Source of the DNA: an uncultured Planctomycetia bacterium
Lineage (GTDB): Bacteria; Omnitrophota; Gorgyraeia; Tantalellales; Tantalellaceae
Length of the DNA: 64,000 nucleotides
NCBI GenBank assembly: GCA_964527555.1
Contig: CAZGOG010000001.1
Span: 52,602 to 116,601 of the forward strand
Direction of reading: 5' to 3'
Within the stretch, counting starts at the first letter, position 1, and every line of letters begins with the position of its first letter. Under the pieces are notes generated by a model. It saw only the letters and a list, made by a program, of their open reading frames with translations, was not told the DNA's origin and ran no database searches. The position numbers and the translations under genes were made by a program. Below, in pieces: positions 58,830-64,000 of this stretch.

Positions 58830-61800
58830 TTATTTGCCGCAGCACTTCTTGTATTTTTTCCCGCTTCCGCACGGGCACGGGTCGTTACGCCCCACTTTCG
58901 CACCGCTTCTTTTGTAAGTCGCCTTCTCCCCGGAGACCTCCGGAGCGAATGCCCCGGGCGCTTCACCAGATGCGTCGTATACCTCATCCTGGCCGGCCGA
59001 CGAAGTGCCTATCGCTGAATACCCCCTGTGCTGGAAGGTTTCCTTTTCGGGCTGGAAGACTTTTTTCTTGTATTCTTCTTCCATGGCGGAGATCTTCATG
59101 ATGCGTTCAGCCGTCTCTTCATCTATTTTTATCATCAGCTCCGTAAACATACGGAACGCCTCGTGCTGGAACTCGACGAGAGGGTCCTTCTGGGCATACG
59201 CCCGCCAGGAAATGCCTTCCCTTAAATCATCTATTTCCCTCAGGTATTCTTTCCAGTTGGAGTCTATGACCGCAAGCATGACCATCTTCTCAAGCTCGTG
59301 CATCCTCTCCTCGCCCAGGAACTTCTCCCTGGCGGAATACCCTTTCTCTGCTATAGCCAGTATGTGTTCCCTGATCTGGGGCGCATCTTCACCTTCGATG
59401 TCCTCTGCTTTAACGCCTATTGCATACTGGTACATGACGCTTTTCACCAGGGCCTGCGCGTCCGGGTCGACTTCCCATTTGCCTAAAAGGCTTTCCAGTC
59501 CGACTGAAAGCGCCTCAAGAAATTCCCCTTTCAGATTTTTTTCGGTGAGTATCATCCGCCGGCGCCTGTAAACGACTTCCCTCTGCTGGTTCATGATGTT
59601 GTCATACTTGAGCAGGTGCTTTCTTATCTCGAAGTTCTGGCTTTCCACCCTGTGCTGCGCGGTCCTGACGGCACGCGTTACCAGCGGGTTTTCAATAACC
59701 TCTCCTTCTTCCATGCCCAACCGGTCCATGATGGATTTTATCCTGTCAGATCCGAAGATCCTCATGAGGTCATCTTCAAGCGAAAGATAAAATCTGCTGG
59801 AGCCCGGGTCGCCCTGCCTGCCGGATCGGCCCCTCAGCTGGTCGTCTATTCTTCTGGCCTCATGTCTCTCAGTTCCGATCACGTGAAGGCCGCTTGCTTC
59901 TATCACTTTTTTCTGGTCCTCAGGGAACGTCCTCTTATACTCGGCAAGAAATCTCTCAAGCGCCTTTTCCTTCTCAAGAGGATCATCTATATCGAGTTTG
60001 CTCACGGCATCATCCGCCAGGTATTCGGGATTACCTCCCAGTATTATGTCGGTGCCGCGTCCCGCCATGTTAGTGGCTATCGTGACGGAGCCGAAGCGCC
60101 CCGCCTGGGCCACGATATGCGCTTCCCTTTCATGATATTTCGCGTTTAAAACGTTGTGCCTGATCCCGCGCGTATTCAAAAGGCGGCTCAAGTGCTCCGA
60201 CTTCTCGATAGAGACCGTGCCCACGAGCTGCGGTCTTCCCTTTTCGTGCCAGTGGGCGATCTCATCTATGACCGCCTTGAATTTTTCTTCCTCTGTCTTG
60301 TATATCCTGTCCGGCATACTTTTTCGCTGCAAGGGTCGGTTCGTCGGCACCTGCACCACAGACAAGAGGTATATGTTCTCGAATTCCGCTTCTTCCGTCT
60401 TCGCGGTACCCGTCATTCCGGAAAGCTTGTCATACATCCGGAAATAATTCTGCAGGGTAATCGTGGCAAGCGTCTGGCTCTCTCTCTGGACTTCCACACG
60501 TTCCTTCGCCTCGATCGCTTCATGTATACCGTCCGAGAAACGTCTGCCGGGCATCATCCTGCCGGTAAAGCTGTCGACTATGACTATTTTGTTGTCTTTG
60601 ACTACGTAATCGACGTCCTTCTGAAAAAGTATGTACGCTTTAAGAAGCTGCTTGATGCTTTCTACCGATCTCTGCTGGTCCGTGTAAGAAGCCACCAGTT
60701 CCGTCTGGCGCGCCACTTTTTCTTCTTCAGGTATATCCTCATCGACCAGTTCCGCCAGGCGTGCCTCGATATCCTCAAGCATAAACTCTATACCGAACCT
60801 TTCGGTCATCATCTTCTGGCCCCTGGCGCTGAAGGTGGCCTCTCTGGTCTTTTCGTCAAAAACATAAAAAAGATCTTCAAGAAGATTATCGCGTTCCTTC
60901 TCCATGACTTTGCTGTCAAGCTGGGCCTGAGCTCTGTCCAATAAACTCTTTGCGCCTTTATCCTTGAGTATGATATCCAGGAACTCCCTGTTCTTGGGAT
61001 CCGCCTTATGTATGAGGTAAAGGAGCTCTCCCGCTTCGTCCTTCTTCTGGTCGCGCAGGCTGGTTCTAAACTTTGCTATATATTCGGAGATCAGCTTCCT
61101 CTGCGCGTTTACGATCTCAGCAACAATCGGCCGCATCTGGTTATAAGCTTCATTCGTCTCATCCACAGGACCGGATATGATGAGGGGAGTCCTCGCTTCG
61201 TCGATCAAGATGCTGTCAACCTCATCGACGATGGCAAAAGAAGGGGGGCCTTGCACCACATCGTCCTTATCCGCGACCATGTTGTCCCTCAAGTAATCAA
61301 ACCCGAACTCATTGTTGGTCCCGTAAACAATATCGCATGCGTAAGCTTTTTTTCTCTCTTCGTTTCTCATATCGTTCTGGATAACCCCTACCGACAGCCC
61401 CAGGAACTTGTAGATCGGCCCCATCCACTGGCAGTCCCTTTTCGCCAGATAATCATTTACCGTAACAATGTGGACGCTTTCCCCGGCTAGCGCGTTAAGT
61501 GAAGCCGCCAATGTCGCAACAAGCGTTTTACCTTCACCCGTCGCCATCTCAGCGATCTTGCCCTGGTGAAGCACGATCCCTCCCATAAGCTGCACATTAA
61601 AATGCCTGAGGCCTATCGTCCGCCTCGACGCTTCTCTGACAAGAGCGAAGACTTCCGGTATTTTTCCGTCAAGCGCGCGGTTCTTTACTTCTTTCAGGCG
61701 TTTCTTGTGCTTGCTGCGTTCCGTATCCGAAGTCGATGTCGCTATCGCCTCACGCACTTTGTCGACTTCTTCCCTGTTTTCTTCGCGGCCTAGCCTGAGT

Positions 61801-61955
61801 TCCTCCCTGAGGCGTGCCGCTCTCTGCCGGATCTCGTCGTCCCCGAGTGAAGAGACCTCCTCCTCCATAGCGTTTATCGCCTGGACTGCGGGTTCCAGTT
61901 TTTTAAGTTCCCGTTCGTTCTGCGTGCCAAAAAATCTTCTGAATAAACCAAACAT
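58830..61955 (-). CDS. secA: Preprotein translocase ATPase SecA
   Basis: Starts MFGLFRRFFGTQNERELKK (ATG at 61955). DEAD motor motifs and a C-terminal zinc finger CPCGSGKKYKKCCG are present. The 105-aa upstream extension in the ORF track overlaps prfB in another frame and is rejected. Confidence 0.9.
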   Translation of the reverse strand: MFGLFRRFFGTQNERELKKLEPAVQAINAMEEEVSSLGDDEIRQRAARLREELRLGREENREEVDKVREAIATSTSDTERSKHKKRLKEVKNRALDGKIPEVFALVREASRRTIGLRHFNVQLMGGIVLHQGKIAEMATGEGKTLVATLAASLNALAGESVHIVTVNDYLAKRDCQWMGPIYKFLGLSVGVIQNDMRNEERKKAYACDIVYGTNNEFGFDYLRDNMVADKDDVVQGPPSFAIVDEVDSILIDEARTPLIISGPVDETNEAYNQMRPIVAEIVNAQRKLISEYIAKFRTSLRDQKKDEAGELLYLIHKADPKNREFLDIILKDKGAKSLLDRAQAQLDSKVMEKERDNLLEDLFYVFDEKTREATFSARGQKMMTERFGIEFMLEDIEARLAELVDEDIPEEEKVARQTELVASYTDQQRSVESIKQLLKAYILFQKDVDYVVKDNKIVIVDSFTGRMMPGRRFSDGIHEAIEAKERVEVQRESQTLATITLQNYFRMYDKLSGMTGTAKTEEAEFENIYLLSVVQVPTNRPLQRKSMPDRIYKTEEEKFKAVIDEIAHWHEKGRPQLVGTVSIEKSEHLSRLLNTRGIRHNVLNAKYHEREAHIVAQAGRFGSVTIATNMAGRGTDIILGGNPEYLADDAVSKLDIDDPLEKEKALERFLAEYKRTFPEDQKKVIEASGLHVIGTERHEARRIDDQLRGRSGRQGDPGSSRFYLSLEDDLMRIFGSDRIKSIMDRLGMEEGEVIENPLVTRAVRTAQHRVESQNFEIRKHLLKYDNIMNQQREVVYRRRRMILTEKNLKGEFLEALSVGLESLLGKWEVDPDAQALVKSVMYQYAIGVKAEDIEGEDAPQIREHILAIAEKGYSAREKFLGEERMHELEKMVMLAVIDSNWKEYLREIDDLREGISWRAYAQKDPLVEFQHEAFRMFTELMIKIDEETAERIMKISAMEEEYKKKVFQPEKETFQHRGYSAIGTSSAGQDEVYDASGEAPGAFAPEVSGEKATYKRSGAKVGRNDPCPCGSGKKYKKCCGK

Positions 61956-61981
61956 CCTGTCTTTCCCTTTATCTGGCGGTA

Positions 61982-63080
61982 CTACTTTAGTGCCGCCCTT
62001 TTTAGATATGCCTCTATAAAACTGTCCAGATTGCCATCCAGCACTTTTTCGGCGCTGGAAGTCTCCTCGCCCGTACGGTGATCCTTGACCATCTTGTAGG
62101 GATGCAGCACATAGGACCTTATTTGACTGCCCCACTCGATTTTCTTTTTGTCTCCGTGGGTGCGCATCATCTCCTCTTCCTTCTTGCGTCTTTCCATCTC
62201 GTAGAGACGCGCTCTTAAGAGCTTCATGGCTGTCGCCTTGTTTTTGTGCTGTGACCGCTCCTTCTGGCACTGGACGACCGTGCCTGTCGGCAGGTGCGTT
62301 ATACGGACAGCCGAATCAGTCACGTTGACATGCTGGCCGCCGGCACCGGAAGAGCGATACGTATCGATCCTCAGATCACTGTCACTGATGTCTATTTTTA
62401 TGCTCTTATCAATATCAGGGATAACGTCAACTGATGCAAACGAGGTATGCCGTCTTTTATTGGAATCAAAAGGCGATATGCGGACCAATCGGTGGACCCC
62501 TGTCTCTGCTTTAAGGTACCCGTAAGCAAAATCGCCCTTTACCATGAAAGTCACGCTTTTTATGCCGGCTTCTTCACCGGGAAGCTGGTCCAGCATATCG
62601 ACCGAACAGCCGTGCCCCTCCGCCCACCTCAAGTACATCCTCAGAAGCATCGATGTCCAGTCGCAGGATTCCGTCCCGCCCGCTCCCGCGTTTATACTCA
62701 CTATGGCGCTGCACCCGTCGGCTTCACCGCTTAAAAGGCACTTAAACTCGAGTCTTGCGGTCGCATCGGTGATCTGGCGGACCTCTTCCATGAGGCTGTC
62801 AATGGACGCAACGTCATCATCTTCTACTATACCAGCAAGTTCTTTGATCGAATCATGACGCTCTTTTGTCTCGTTGTAAGGGGCAACTACGGATCTTAAC
62901 GCCTTAAGCTCCTGTGAAAAGGCGTCAGTCTTCTCCTGGTTTTTCCATGTCGCCGGGTCGTTGAGCTTCTCTTCAAGCTCCTTTATCCTCTTTTCTTTTT
63001 TAGCCAGGTCAAAGATACCCCCTGAGTTCCTCGAACTTCTCATCCATTATCTTTATAGATTCACGCAATTCTTTTATCAT
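61982..63080 (-). CDS. prfB: Peptide chain release factor 2 with programmed +1 ribosomal frameshift
   Basis: Frame-0 ORF ATG(63080) MIKELRESIKIMDEKFEELRGYL then TGA at 63011-63009 within CTT TGA C, preceded by the SD-like AGGGGG. The +1 frame continues DLAKKEKRIKE... through the GGQ motif region (SGAGGQHVNVTDSAVRITH). RBS GGAGGGA upstream of 63080. Confidence 0.85.
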
Positions 63081-63103
63081 TTATGCTCCCTCCACTAGCG
63101 GGC

Positions 63104-63131
63104 ATTATAGCAATATAGCGCCTTTGTGTAA
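63104..63131 (-). promoter_or_regulatory. Candidate sigma-70 promoter for prfB-secA-lnt
   Basis: Minus strand TTTACA/TTACAC (63132-63126), 16-17-nt spacer, TATAAT (63109-63104), about 20 nt upstream of the prfB ATG. Confidence 0.4.
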
Positions 63132-63175
63132 ACCCATAAGAGACCTTGGGTTTTAGAGCGCGCTCCTTCTCTTCT

Positions 63176-63970
63176 TCATCTCTTCGCGCGGAAATATTCC
63201 ACTATTCGCCCGGCGGTCTTTTTATCTATCCCGGCTTTTTGCAGTTTTTCCAGGGAAGCGTCTCGTATGCTTTTAATACTGCCGAATCTCTCAAGTAGTA
63301 TCTTCTCTCTCTTAGGGCCAACCCCTTCGATCCGGCTAAGTTCCGCGCTCAGGCTATCCCTCTCTCTCAATCTTCGATGATAAGTTATAGCAAAACGGTG
63401 CGCCTCATCCCTTATACGCTGGATAAGCAGAAGAAGCCGTGAGCCCGGCGATAGTCTTATAGGGCTTCTTCGCTTCTCCGTATAAAAATGATTATGCTCC
63501 TTGGCTATACTGGCTACCGGCAGATCATCCAAGCCAAGGCGGCTGAGTTCATCCCGTGCCGCGGAAAGATGTCCCTTCCCGCCGTCTATCAAGACAAGAT
63601 CCGGCATGCCCTTACCCTCGGTAAGAAGCCGGGAATATCTTCTTTTTATCACTTCACGTATCATCGAATAATCATCTATGCCGGTGACGCTTCTCACCCG
63701 GAAACGTCTATACTCGGCTTTACGGGGCGAGCCGGCCACGAACCGTACCATGGAACCGACAGCCTGCCTTCCGCTTATATTAGATATATCAAAACATTCT
63801 ATCGCAAGAGGAAGAGCTGAAAGTGCCAAAGCGTTCTGAAGCTCATCAAGCTCGCCGTATATGGGGTGTTGCGACCGGTCATGCAGCTGCTGGACAGCCG
63901 TAAGCGCCTCGATACGTTTTTTGACCGCCAGGGCCTTCTCGAACTCTCTTTTCCCCGAGAGAAGGTTCAT
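63176..63970 (-). CDS. uvrC: Excinuclease ABC subunit C (C-terminal part; N-terminus lies beyond the window end)
   Basis: UvrC endonuclease V-like and C-terminal (HhH)2 domains (EGVGPKREKILLERFGSIKSIRDASLEKL). The reading frame is open to the window edge. Confidence 0.85.
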   Translation of the reverse strand: MNLLSGKREFEKALAVKKRIEALTAVQQLHDRSQHPIYGELDELQNALALSALPLAIECFDISNISGRQAVGSMVRFVAGSPRKAEYRRFRVRSVTGIDDYSMIREVIKRRYSRLLTEGKGMPDLVLIDGGKGHLSAARDELSRLGLDDLPVASIAKEHNHFYTEKRRSPIRLSPGSRLLLLIQRIRDEAHRFAITYHRRLRERDSLSAELSRIEGVGPKREKILLERFGSIKSIRDASLEKLQKAGIDKKTAGRIVEYFRAKR

Positions 63971-64000
63971 CTGGCGCTTTAAGTCATCTATAAGATCGTC

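Noticed and set aside
61956-62270. 105-aa N-terminal extension of SecA in the ORF track.
   Set aside because: SecA homology begins at MFGLFRRF (ATG at 61955). The extension overlaps the prfB 3' end in another frame and is Arg/Gly-rich nonsense.
63157-63166. GAGCGCGCTC palindrome downstream of uvrC as a terminator.
   Set aside because: It is a loop-less 10-bp palindrome with no U-tract. More likely it is incidental or a restriction-like site.
1-64000. CRISPR arrays, rRNA and tRNA genes.
   Set aside because: No regularly spaced direct repeats, no rRNA-like conserved blocks and no cloverleaf-compatible sequences were found in any non-coding gap.

Overview
This window is a gene-dense bacterial chromosomal segment; from the sequence it looks about 50% GC, but I did not compute it. 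Roughly 50 consecutive genes lie on the minus strand, many with overlapping stop/start codons, which indicates long operons. Only three genes are on the plus strand: an ECF sigma factor, a zinc-finger anti-sigma factor and spoVG, at 53.9-55.4 kb.

Gene content mixes two lineage signals. Gram-negative envelope genes are present (lpxK, waaA, mlaFED, lolDE, lnt). So are low-GC-Gram-positive-type housekeeping genes and synteny (smf/dprA-topA-xer, mcsA-mcsB-clpC, ricT/yaaT-holB-tmk, yacL-ispF-cysE-cysS, spoVG). This suggests a diderm lineage with Firmicutes-like core genes, for example Negativicutes or a candidate phylum such as Omnitrophota or Elusimicrobiota.

The observations most worth a second look are:
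- A 1662-aa signal-peptide-bearing protein with no recognisable domains (48654-53642). It has a near-consensus sigma-70 promoter, sits divergent from the ECF sigma/anti-sigma pair and is followed by an NlpC/P60 peptidase gene.
- A previously unannotated family of about 110-160 bp structured intergenic repeats (MITE/REP-like) in five co-oriented copies. They have terminal inverted repeats, a conserved CCACGG...CCGTGG hairpin and two subfamilies with compensatory stem changes. Automated ORF calling reads them as false MEIH... N-terminal extensions on aroC and ilvH.
- A TatD nuclease and a TatD-associated radical-SAM domain fused into one ORF, translationally coupled to a mini-Ogt gene.
- The classic prfB +1 programmed frameshift (CTT TGA C preceded by AGGGGG), directly visible in the sequence.

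No CRISPR arrays, rRNA or tRNA genes were found.
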